From a virus (taxonomy: Duplodnaviria; Caudoviricetes), in the IMG/VR virus record IMGVR_UViG_3300037705_000041, positions 1-24,350 of that record: a stretch of 24,350 bases of DNA; one strand, 5' to 3'. The number at the start of each line of letters is the position of its first letter. The stretch's first letter is position 1. Shown in pieces: positions 1 to 6,834 of this stretch. The notes under the pieces are model-generated. The model worked only from the letters and a program-made list of their open reading frames with translations, had not been told where the DNA came from and searched no databases. The position numbers and the translations under genes are program-made.

Positions 1-1051
1 TGGTCTGGAAATTCTGGATGTTCATGTCGCGCTCATTTGACGGCGTTGCCCCGAATACGACCCGCGGGTGGTACTCCGTCAACGCGTAATACAGTTTCTC
101 GATGACCTCCCGGTGGTACGCGAACAGCACGATCTTCTTAGCGCCGCCGTCGAGCCGCAGCTTGACCAGATCGACCACGGCTGGGACTTTGGCGAGGCCG
201 GTGTACCGGCGCAGGGTGGGAGCTGAGATTTCGGAAATTTCTTGGCCGGAGTTCAGTGCGTATTCGACGTGGCCTGCCTCGTGCACTACCTCGGCTCTCG
301 CGCGGCTGTCTGCGTAGAACAGCCCTTTCCACGCCGCGCTGTCGACAACGAACTCATCAAACTCGATGGCTGGCATCTCGGGCCGTACCTCTTTTAAGGT
401 ACGTCGCAGCATCGCCTTGCTCAGCAGCTCCCGTAGTTTCATCGTGTTTTTTGATCCTGTAATCTGAAAGCCGTATGGCCCGCGAAAACCGGTGCAGAAC
501 TCCCGTACAAATTCATCGTAGCCGCCCTTGTACACACCAAACACTCGCAGCAGGGGCCACAGCTCGGCGTAGTGGTTAGGCGCGGGGGTACCCGATAGCG
601 CCCAAACGCGTCTCGCTCTGTGGACCAAGCCGCCCTTTCCGAGAATGATTTGAGAACGTATGGCATCGGCGCTCTTCAGGTAGTGGCTTTCATCGAGAAC
701 CAGCACGTCGAAGCGGGCGAAGGCGTCCGTATCGCCGAGAAGCTGCTGTGTTTCAAAAGCCCCCGCCAGGTCGTAAGAGACGACGTTGATGCCGCTCGAT
801 AGCGCGCAGTCTGTTGACGAAAGCAGGGCGATCTTCGGCAGGGAGCGCGACGAAAACTTTCCAAATTCGCGCAACCAGTTGATCCGAGCTACCGCTGGAC
901 AGATCACGAGGATCCGCTGGGCGTCGAGCAGGTCGCACGCGACGACGGTCTGCACCGCCTTCCCGACTCTCATTTCGTCCGCGAGCAGGGCGTGGCGTTT
1001 GCTGGCGAGCCATTCAGCCCCCTTGACTTGGTGCGGGAGAAGTTGGGGCAT
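1..1051 (-). CDS. SNF2-family (SF2) DNA helicase/translocase, 3' end truncated by window edge
   Basis: Not in the ORF track because it has no stop in the window. Hand-translated from ATG 1051: MPQLLPHQVKGAEWLASKRHALLADEMRVGKAVQ (Q-motif and motif I), ILVICPAVARINWLREF (Ia), VLVLDESHYLKS (II), WALSGTPAPNHYAELW (III), MLRRTLKEV, KIVLFAYHREVIEKL (IV). Open to position 1. Confidence 0.93.
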   Translation of the reverse strand, partial: MPQLLPHQVKGAEWLASKRHALLADEMRVGKAVQTVVACDLLDAQRILVICPAVARINWLREFGKFSSRSLPKIALLSSTDCALSSGINVVSYDLAGAFETQQLLGDTDAFARFDVLVLDESHYLKSADAIRSQIILGKGGLVHRARRVWALSGTPAPNHYAELWPLLRVFGVYKGGYDEFVREFCTGFRGPYGFQITGSKNTMKLRELLSKAMLRRTLKEVRPEMPAIEFDEFVVDSAAWKGLFYADSRARAEVVHEAGHVEYALNSGQEISEISAPTLRRYTGLAKVPAVVDLVKLRLDGGAKKIVLFAYHREVIEKLYYALTEYHPRVVFGATPSNERDMNIQNFQT

Positions 1052-1529
1052 CCATCGGCGTCCAGTTGGGTTTCGGGTTTGCATCACCGTGAGTACCAAG
1101 GCAACCGATGCATGGGGGCTTGTATTCGTTCACCTCCAAGTACTGGCAAGTGGCACACATCCGCTCTTCTTTGAACGACACTGGTGGTTTGTTCGGCCTG
1201 TCATCAAGCTCAGGTTTTCGCTGCATCTCGTCAGCCAGGCGCTCTCGCCGCGCGCGTTCTTCCTTGACCATCATCAGCGTCTGCGCGTAGCCGCACACGT
1301 CCACAAGGTTGTCGCGTTTGTGCTTATTGGCTTCACGAGACAGCTTGACAAACACCATGAACACCGCCACGTCGTCGGCGGTAAGCTTGGTGCCCCTCCA
1401 CGCGTTGAACATCTCGGCGGTCTTGGTGAAGTCGTCGAGCGGGTGGCCGTAGTCCGTTCCGCGGTCGGTGTGGACGAGGCGTTGAGCCTCTTGAAGAACG
1501 GTTTCAGTCAGAGTTAATTGTTCGCTCAT
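1014..1529 (-). CDS. DUF6378-like phage protein with C-terminal Cys cluster
   Basis: TVLQEAQRLVHTDRGTDYGHPLDDF...DVAVFMVFVKLSRE...HKRDNLVDVCGYA matches the DUF6378 pattern as I recall it. Start placed at ATG 1529 (GAGGAA upstream). C-terminal CxxC...CxxC. Confidence 0.75.
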   Translation of the reverse strand: MSEQLTLTETVLQEAQRLVHTDRGTDYGHPLDDFTKTAEMFNAWRGTKLTADDVAVFMVFVKLSREANKHKRDNLVDVCGYAQTLMMVKEERARRERLADEMQRKPELDDRPNKPPVSFKEERMCATCQYLEVNEYKPPCIGCLGTHGDANPKPNWTPMDAPTSPAPSQGG

Positions 1530-1626
1530 CGGGTTCCTCGTTCGTTGTGTCGTTGACGTAACCGCCCAGCATGGACAGAATGACAATGGCGATGATGTAG
1601 CCGATTGGGTCCATGCGCAGTTTCAT
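1504..1626 (-). CDS. Small putative membrane protein, 40 aa
   Basis: Hand-translated MKLRMDPIGYIIAIVILSMLGGYVNDTTNEEPDERTINSD*. ATGA overlap with the stop of the upstream gene, fills the gap in the operon, one hydrophobic segment. Confidence 0.6.
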   Translation of the reverse strand: MKLRMDPIGYIIAIVILSMLGGYVNDTTNEEPDERTINSD

Positions 1627-1985
1627 TTCAGGGCTCGGTAAGCGTCACAAACCCTATCCACAGTTTTTAGTGCCGCTTCATTCCACGTCAACAATCCGGG
1701 ATGCGGGTCTGCCATAAGATCACTCAGTAGCCGGACTTGCTCCACCACCGCCAATATCTGCTTCGCCCGAGGGGAGGCGAGGGGGAGTGCTTCACGGAGA
1801 TCAGCGTTCTGGTCATCGTCTTCATATGCCGAAAGCCGTGCGATAGCTTTCTCAAGCACCTCCACCATCCCCGCCCCTCTCGCTTCGGCTTCCTTGAGGC
1901 GGCTGGCCATTTCTACCAGTAACTCAAAATCTTCGTAGCTAGTTCTGGCAAGCAATTCCTCCACGCTCATCTTCTCAAGTTCCAT
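1623..1985 (-). CDS. Hypothetical phage protein
   Basis: 120-aa ORF, GGAGGA RBS, tightly packed with neighbours in the leftward operon. Confidence 0.75.
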   Translation of the reverse strand: MELEKMSVEELLARTSYEDFELLVEMASRLKEAEARGAGMVEVLEKAIARLSAYEDDDQNADLREALPLASPRAKQILAVVEQVRLLSDLMADPHPGLLTWNEAALKTVDRVCDAYRALK

Positions 1986-2442
1986 GATTCCTCCGTTCTT
2001 GGGCCATGCGGCACAAGTTCCTAACGACCCAACCTGAGCTGAACATTCCCGCCGCCCACTCCAAGGTCTTCGCTGCTACCTCATCCTCCCTCGCCGCCAA
2101 CTGCTCCTTGGCTTGGGCGAGTTCGGCTTCGGCTTTTGCGTGCTGTGAATTTGAGAATTCAACGGATACAACCAATTCAGCAATTCGACCGTGCGCCTTG
2201 TTAACCTGCTCATTCAGCCCCCGTATGTCATGCTGTAGCCGCACGATCTGGTCGTTCAGCTCGCGGGTGAGCGTGTGGGAGGCTTGGAGGTCGAGTTCGA
2301 GGTTGCTGGCGAAATCACTCCATTTTTTAAATTCTTCTTGAAGCGCCAGTACATACTTGTAGTCTAGCTTTGTTAAAGCCATGCTGGCACGATCTGACAA
2401 AGACCGTTCTCCAAAAGCCTCGGTTCTCGGTGTATCACTCAT
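1975..2442 (-). CDS. Hypothetical coiled-coil phage protein
   Basis: 155 aa, MSDTPRT N-terminus typical of small phage proteins, heptad-rich centre, ATGA overlap with upstream gene. Confidence 0.8.
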   Translation of the reverse strand: MSDTPRTEAFGERSLSDRASMALTKLDYKYVLALQEEFKKWSDFASNLELDLQASHTLTRELNDQIVRLQHDIRGLNEQVNKAHGRIAELVVSVEFSNSQHAKAEAELAQAKEQLAAREDEVAAKTLEWAAGMFSSGWVVRNLCRMAQERRNHGT

Positions 2443-2693
2443 ATCTTCCCCCGTTCAGCGAGTAATGCGCGGATAATTTCAACGGCATGTGTGTGAATGC
2501 TCCATTTCTTACAATACTCAAGATAGCCTTGCGCCTTCTTCTCCGCCTCCGATTCGATATCAGGGGCGGCGTCAAACATGGCTTGGAAAATACCTATAGA
2601 TTCATCATATCGGGAATCTTCTGTTGGAGCGTATTGACCAGCCGCCGCCATTTCCTCCGTCGGCTCCCTTGAGATGCGCTTGATGGGGGTCAT
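2439..2693 (-). CDS. Hypothetical phage protein
   Basis: 84 aa containing REPTEEMAAAG...IFQAMFDAAP, a recurrent small-phage-protein pattern. ATGA overlaps at both ends. Confidence 0.8.
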   Translation of the reverse strand: MTPIKRISREPTEEMAAAGQYAPTEDSRYDESIGIFQAMFDAAPDIESEAEKKAQGYLEYCKKWSIHTHAVEIIRALLAERGKI

Positions 2694-2851
2694 GGCTTAT
2701 CCATCGTCCACCACCATGAGACATGCAGAGGGAGGCAAGGAATAAAACAAATCCAAACGTCTATGCAATTCCCCTGCTGCCCCCAAAAAGCACCAATCCA
2801 CAAATCCTGTGGCTTAAGTTCAAACTCGGCATTCCAGCCTTCAATATTCAT
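2690..2851 (-). CDS. Small Trp-rich hypothetical protein
   Basis: MNIEGWNAEFELKPQDLWIGAFW...VWICFIPCLPLHVSWWW. Start at ATG 2851 with AAGGAGG RBS. Confidence 0.7.
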   Translation of the reverse strand: MNIEGWNAEFELKPQDLWIGAFWGQQGNCIDVWICFIPCLPLHVSWWWTMDKP

Positions 2852-2852
2852 C

Positions 2853-3143
2853 CTATCCCTCCTTCCCCAACTGCTTTTGCAACTCTGCCTCAAGTTGATT
2901 TATCTCTACAATTCTTGCTCTCAGTTGTGTTTCCAGCTTTTCCGCCTTTTCCTCAAGGTCTTTGAGTTTGGTGGAGAGGGAGCGGAGGAAAGGCAAGATA
3001 TTCTCAAATCCATCCAAGGCAATTCTGTCGCCCACCCCACTGAAATCATCGGCGCACGTCATGCCTACATGATCGCGCAGATAGGGGATTGCCCTCTCTA
3101 TGGCCTTCGCCAATTCCTCGATCTTGTCAGCGTCTGATATCAT
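2853..3143 (-). CDS. Hypothetical protein with C-terminal coiled coil
   Basis: Start MISDADKIEELAKAIE at ATG 3143 overlapping the resolvase stop (ATGA). Confidence 0.7.
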   Translation of the reverse strand: MISDADKIEELAKAIERAIPYLRDHVGMTCADDFSGVGDRIALDGFENILPFLRSLSTKLKDLEEKAEKLETQLRARIVEINQLEAELQKQLGKEG

Positions 3144-3616
3144 TTCAGTTGTGCCCCAAAGTAAGCCAACAGCGCCGCCTCGGCGCGGCCGTCGTGCTTC
3201 TTGAGCGACCACAATCCTGCATGCTTGGGCAGCAGCTCCGACGCCCGGCGCCTGGCGGCGTCTTTGTCGGAGGTGAGTTTGAAGTGGCGCTTCCAGACGG
3301 CGGGTTCGACGTACCGGCGCGGGACTTGGAGAGCAGCCAGGGCACCCCGGATGGCGCCGAAGCAGACGCCAAACTTGAAGCTCGAGGCGACACCCTGCTC
3401 GGGCATGGAGTGGACGTTCTCGACGATGGCGGTAAGGTCGTGGTTGAGTTGGTAGATGGCGATGATGCGGACCAGCTCATCCTCGTCCAGTATCCGTCGT
3501 TGCTTCTTATTGACGGATACCGTGAAGGTCGGCATGTCGTATGCGAACAGGGTGTTCACCTCCGGATCGTAGAAGGTGAGGGCGCCGGAGAGGCCGGGGT
3601 CGATGCCGAGGATCAT
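3140..3616 (-). CDS. RuvC-like Holliday junction resolvase
   Basis: MILGIDPGLSGA (RNase H-fold first Asp), AIVENVHSMPEQGVASSFKFG, PAVWKRHF, DGRAEAALLAYFG. Confidence 0.9.
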   Translation of the reverse strand: MILGIDPGLSGALTFYDPEVNTLFAYDMPTFTVSVNKKQRRILDEDELVRIIAIYQLNHDLTAIVENVHSMPEQGVASSFKFGVCFGAIRGALAALQVPRRYVEPAVWKRHFKLTSDKDAARRRASELLPKHAGLWSLKKHDGRAEAALLAYFGAQLK

Positions 3617-3981
3617 GTGTGAAGCTGCCCGAAATCCACGCTTTCCGAATAGTAGCCGTTCGACTCACCCAGCCACCGGATCGTCACTCCGCCCTTCACG
3701 GTGTCTATCTTGTAAAACGTCCATGTGCAGCTTTCACTGCACTCGAATCCGACTGGAATTTCACCCTGAACTTCTTCGGCTCGGATGATCGGCGTGCCAA
3801 CGAGATCAGACAGGTTGCCACATATATCTTCGACCAAGACACACTCGCAACAGTCTTGAACATGATACAGGCGGAACTTTCGACCGTCTTGGGATTCAAA
3901 TATAATCGCGTCGCCGCCGACTTCTCCGACAACGCGCGTCAACGTCAACCCAACCAAAGCACCTATGCTGTTTTCGCTCAT
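3613..3981 (-). CDS. Conserved phage protein (DUF7448-like)
   Basis: YHVQDCCECVLVEDICGNLSDLVGTPIIRAEE...WTFYKIDTVKGGVTIRWLGESNGYYSESVDF is a widespread phage family (DUF number from memory). ATG 3981 has a GGAGG RBS. Confidence 0.8.
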   Translation of the reverse strand: MSENSIGALVGLTLTRVVGEVGGDAIIFESQDGRKFRLYHVQDCCECVLVEDICGNLSDLVGTPIIRAEEVQGEIPVGFECSESCTWTFYKIDTVKGGVTIRWLGESNGYYSESVDFGQLHT

Positions 3982-4021
3982 CCGGCGACCTCCTGAATCG
4001 GTGTTGCGATCATGTCCCCGC

Positions 4022-4050
4022 ATTGTGGTCTCGACAATACCGGAAGTCAA
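4022..4050 (-). promoter_or_regulatory. sigma70-like leftward promoter for the resolvase/helicase operon
   Basis: Minus strand TTGACT-N17-CACAAT, about 40 nt before ATG 3981. Confidence 0.6.
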
Positions 4051-4083
4051 GCCCGGGCGTGGCCTCGAGGTGAAAAATATTTC

Positions 4084-4112
4084 TTGCAAGCCGGTGTCGC
4101 TTGTGGTACACA
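4084..4112 (+). promoter_or_regulatory. Possible rightward promoter for the repressor-like gene
   Basis: TTGCAA-N17-TACACA with TG extended -10 and an AT-rich upstream tract. The last -10 base is non-consensus. Confidence 0.35.
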
Positions 4113-4308
4113 GTGTCCTCGCAACAATCTGGCGGCAAGGAAGCCGCCGAACCCTTAGTTCAAGGACGATACATTAACGGCTTGATTACGCTACACTCCC
4201 CGCACTAAAACCAGTTACCGGCCACTGACAAGGCTGGTCATGGAGGGGATCGTGCCGAAAAGAAAAGTCAGGACGGGGGCCAAAAAATCCCACAAAAAGG
4301 AGGCCCAG

Positions 4309-4914
4309 GTGCAGCTGTTCAACAAGAAGTGGTTTATCGACAAACTGGCTGACCACCAGATCAGCCAGCGTCAGCTCGCGGCCCGGATGGCTCTCGATCC
4401 CGCGGCCATGAACCGGACGTTCAAGGGCGCCCGACGAATGCAGCTTGACGAAGCGGCCAGCATCGCTAGAGTTATCGGTGTACCCGTGGAAGAGGTTATG
4501 GTCCACGCCGGGATCGACACCCGCGGGACAATCACGAAGGCAGGGAGGGTACCGGTGATGGGCTGGCTCGACAAGGATTTCAACGTCCACACGGACGGGA
4601 TAAGGGGGGAGCGGTTTGTTGCTTCTTTACCACACGACGCGCCGGGGCTCGAGGCGTTTCGGCTGCAAACGGCCAACACGCCGGCGGATGCTCTGGACGG
4701 CAATCTGGTGTACTACCGACCCGGCAACACCGTATCCCCTGGCGCCATTGGCCGGTGGTGCGTGGTGACGCGGCTGGATGGCAGGGTGCAGGTCCGGGTG
4801 CTGAAACCGGGCTATCGCCGCGGGACGTACAACCTGAGCGACCCGATGCACGGCTCGACGGAAGAGGACGTGGTGCTTGAGAGCGCGGCGCCGGTGGTAC
4901 GGATGGAGTTTTAG
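4309..4914 (+). CDS. XRE-family HTH transcriptional regulator (CI-like) with degenerate S24-like C-terminal domain
   Basis: ISQRQLAARMALDPAAMNRTFKGARRMQLDEAASIARVIGVPVEEV is an HTH. RVPVMGW linker and beta-rich C-domain follow. Start placed at GTG 4309 after AAGGAGG (track start 4240). Confidence 0.85.
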   Translation: MQLFNKKWFIDKLADHQISQRQLAARMALDPAAMNRTFKGARRMQLDEAASIARVIGVPVEEVMVHAGIDTRGTITKAGRVPVMGWLDKDFNVHTDGIRGERFVASLPHDAPGLEAFRLQTANTPADALDGNLVYYRPGNTVSPGAIGRWCVVTRLDGRVQVRVLKPGYRRGTYNLSDPMHGSTEEDVVLESAAPVVRMEF

Positions 4915-4917
4915 CAC

Positions 4918-5171
4918 ACTGGAACAACTGGAACATAAAACACTGTAAAACAAGGGTCTGATCCAGTGTTCCATGTTCTCGTGTCATTTTTGAGTTCGCC
5001 ACAGATTTTTTCGTGGGTGGTGTATGACCATCGGCAGGGACACACGCCGCCGCCGGGTATATAGATATTTATATAGTGTGTAGTTATTATTTTATATAAG
5101 AACAATAAGAACAGTAGAACATACACTATAAACTAAGGGGTAAAAAATGTTCCCATGAAGTCGGCTGTTCC
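4918..5171. repeat. Two clusters of GAACA direct repeats each followed by inverted TGTTC copies, flanking an AT-rich core (possible replication origin)
   Basis: ACTGGAACA x2 (4918-4935), TGTTCCA-TGTTCTC (4967-4980), GAACA at 5100, 5109, 5117, TGTTCC at 5148 and 5166. AT-rich about 5058-5135. Repeats are seen, origin function is inferred. Confidence 0.55.
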
Positions 5172-5309
5172 CGTGACAAACGAGTACAAAAACTTGAAGC
5201 CAGGATTCGTGTACAGAGGGGTCGGGCGCGCCGCCGGGATTTTTCTCGGGGGATGGTCGAGCTGGGGATGCGGGTTGCGCCTCGGGGATAAGGGAGGCGG
5301 GCTTGCGGT

Positions 5310-5341
5310 AAAACCATACGCCTTGTAGGCGTATAGTTTTT
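5310..5341. terminator. Bidirectional intrinsic terminator
   Basis: AAAAC-c-ATACGCCT-tgt-AGGCGTAT-a-GTTTTT, lying between convergent transcription units. Confidence 0.6.
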
Positions 5342-5373
5342 GTGGGTTATAAGGGTACAGGCGGCCTGGGGCG

Positions 5374-5586
5374 TCACACTTGGCGAAAGTCCGGTTTTGC
5401 GCCCACCCGGCGGCAATCGGCGGCAAAGCGCCGTGCGAAATACCGGTTTAATGGTAAGGCTTTTGTTGGATCTGTTGTATAACCCCAATCGGCGCCGCCG
5501 TCCCCCGGTACCGATTCAACGAAAAAATAAGTGCGAGCGGACCATTGACGGCCCGCAACAGTGTTTCCTGCTGTGCGTTGTTTCAC
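5374..5586 (-). CDS. Hypothetical early protein
   Basis: GTG 5586 with GGAGG RBS. VKQRTAGN...YFFVESVPGDGGADWGYTTDPTKALPL... Confidence 0.65.
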   Translation of the reverse strand: MKQRTAGNTVAGRQWSARTYFFVESVPGDGGADWGYTTDPTKALPLNRYFARRFAADCRRVGAKPDFRQV

Positions 5587-5588
5587 GT

Positions 5589-5705
5589 TCAATCCCTCCA
5601 AAAAAGATACAAGGCCAGCGCCAGCCAGAAGCCGGCGCCGATTAGGGCGGCCAGGGCGATCCCTTGAGCCGCGTTGATGTCTCCGCCACGTTGGTTATCG
5701 GGCAT
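5589..5705 (-). CDS. Small putative membrane protein, 38 aa
   Basis: Hand-translated MPDNQRGGDINAAQGIALAALIGAGFWLALALYLFWRD*. Tiles the operon. Confidence 0.55.
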   Translation of the reverse strand: MPDNQRGGDINAAQGIALAALIGAGFWLALALYLFWRD

Positions 5706-5844
5706 AGCGGATCCCCACCAGAATGTTGTCCCGGCGTACCCGCTCGCGGAAGTGACGGCGGGCGCGCACGATGTGCGCCAGGTTGATGAGGATGGCCAGG
5801 GCGATAAGGCACAGGCCGATGATGGCTAGATAGTTGGGGTGCAT
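5695..5844 (-). CDS. Small putative membrane protein, 49 aa
   Basis: MHPNYLAIIGLCLIALAILINLAHIVRARRHFRERVRRDNILVGIRYAR*. GGAGG RBS, TM helix plus basic tail. Confidence 0.6.
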   Translation of the reverse strand: MHPNYLAIIGLCLIALAILINLAHIVRARRHFRERVRRDNILVGIRYAR

Positions 5845-5846
5845 GG

Positions 5847-5960
5847 CTAGGCGCCTCCCGTGGCTTTGGCGATGGCGACGCGGCGAAGGGCAAGCGCGTC
5901 ATCAGGACTGATGCCGGCCCGTTCAAGACGGGAAAGCATTTCATGCGTGTCTCTGTTCAT
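5847..5960 (-). CDS. Small hypothetical protein, 37 aa
   Basis: MNRDTHEMLSRLERAGISPDDALALRRVAIAKATGGA*. GGAGAA RBS. Confidence 0.55.
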   Translation of the reverse strand: MNRDTHEMLSRLERAGISPDDALALRRVAIAKATGGA

Positions 5961-5996
5961 TGTCTTATTCTCCGTGTGTTGAGGTTTAAGCACCAC

Positions 5997-6134
5997 TCAA
6001 GGCGTGCGAGTGCGCAGCAAGGCGTGCAGCGCCCGGACCTTGGCTTGGTAGTCGCCGCATCGGTAGAGCTGGGTTGAGTACATCGCCAGGATGGCCAGGA
6101 AAAGGGAGAGGCGTTTTGATGGTGTGTTGTTCAT
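5997..6134 (-). CDS. Small hypothetical protein, 45 aa
   Basis: MNNTPSKRLSLFLAILAMYSTQLYRCGDYQAKVRALHALLRTRTP*. GAGG RBS before ATG 6134. Confidence 0.5.
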   Translation of the reverse strand: MNNTPSKRLSLFLAILAMYSTQLYRCGDYQAKVRALHALLRTRTP

Positions 6135-6139
6135 GGCAT

Positions 6140-6322
6140 TTACCTCGTGGCTTCCGTTAGCAGAATGGCCGCTTGCGTAATCCAAGCCATAGCGGTGCGC
6201 AGCGCGGTGGCCGCGTCTTTTTCATCGGTCAAAAGCCGCGTGTTCGCCTCGGTCAAGTTTTGCTGTGCCAGACGAATGAATGATTGGATGTCGTCGTGTG
6301 TGACTGATATTAAGGCTTTCAT
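6140..6322 (-). CDS. Small helical hypothetical protein, first gene of the leftward early cluster
   Basis: 60 aa, GGAGAA RBS, directly downstream of the promoter at 6367-6394. Confidence 0.65.
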   Translation of the reverse strand: MKALISVTHDDIQSFIRLAQQNLTEANTRLLTDEKDAATALRTAMAWITQAAILLTEATR

Positions 6323-6366
6323 GGCGTTGTGTTCTCCGTGTGTTGTTGGGCTAGCTGCTATTGCGA

Positions 6367-6394
6367 ATTATCGTCCGTGTTGTCCGTTTGTCAA
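6367..6394 (-). promoter_or_regulatory. sigma70-like leftward (early) promoter
   Basis: Minus strand TTGACA-N16-GATAAT. Confidence 0.65.
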
Positions 6395-6409
6395 CATCTG
6401 CGAAGGGAT

Positions 6410-6449
6410 ATACATTAGTATATTAGTACATCCTAATATACTAATGTAT
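6410..6449. repeat. Perfect 17-bp AT-rich inverted repeat with 6-nt spacer
   Basis: ATACATTAGTATATTAG-tacatc-CTAATATACTAATGTAT. Confidence 0.95.
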
Positions 6450-6797
6450 TCGACCTTTTAATTGCTCGGCATCTCGCCCGCGTGCGCGCGGGCAAGAAGC
6501 GTGCCAAGCTACCTGCAGCACCAGGCACGACGCCGGCCATGCGACCTCAGTGCGACCTAGCCAGAGCACCGCGCCTACTCATGCACGAATACGCACACGA
6601 TACGCTGATTGATAGTCAGTCGCTCGGGAGTGAAAGCGAGCCCGGCCACGATTTCGAGGGAATAAATGCATAGCCAGGACAGGAAAAAGATCGATGGGGG
6701 CGCGTGGGTGCCGGCAGGGGGCCGATTGCGTTCGGTAAGCGGGACAGCGTATGTAGCTTGGCCTCTCAAAAATTAATTTTTTAGCCTGTATGCGGGA

Positions 6798-6827
6798 TTG
6801 ACATTACCGCAACACGTATGCAAAAAT
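6798..6827 (+). promoter_or_regulatory. Possible promoter for the packaging operon
   Basis: Perfect TTGACA at 6798-6803 and a weak -10 (AAAAAT, 18-nt spacer) just upstream of the terS ATG. Confidence 0.4.
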
Positions 6828-6834
6828 ACAACAA

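Noticed and set aside
786-1517. 243-aa plus-strand ORF, plus the 753-1013 minus-strand ORF
   Set aside because: Antisense or off-frame to the motif-bearing helicase and DUF6378-like genes.
4911-5488. Track ORFs across the AT-rich and G-rich intergenic region (4911-5126, 5126-5488, 5133-5426)
   Set aside because: No RBS, low-complexity translations, and they cross the repeat array and terminator.
5589-5844. Holin/spanin lysis cassette suggested by the small TM proteins
   Set aside because: No endolysin or lipobox-bearing gene nearby, and they lie in an early-type leftward operon.
5642-5944. 100-aa ORF from the track
   Set aside because: Pro/His-rich off-frame read. Three smaller ORFs with RBSs and tight packing explain the interval better.
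4915-6800. CRISPR array or tRNA in the non-coding stretches
   Set aside because: Repeats are only 5-17 nt without regular spacers, and no cloverleaf with T-loop and acceptor stem was found.
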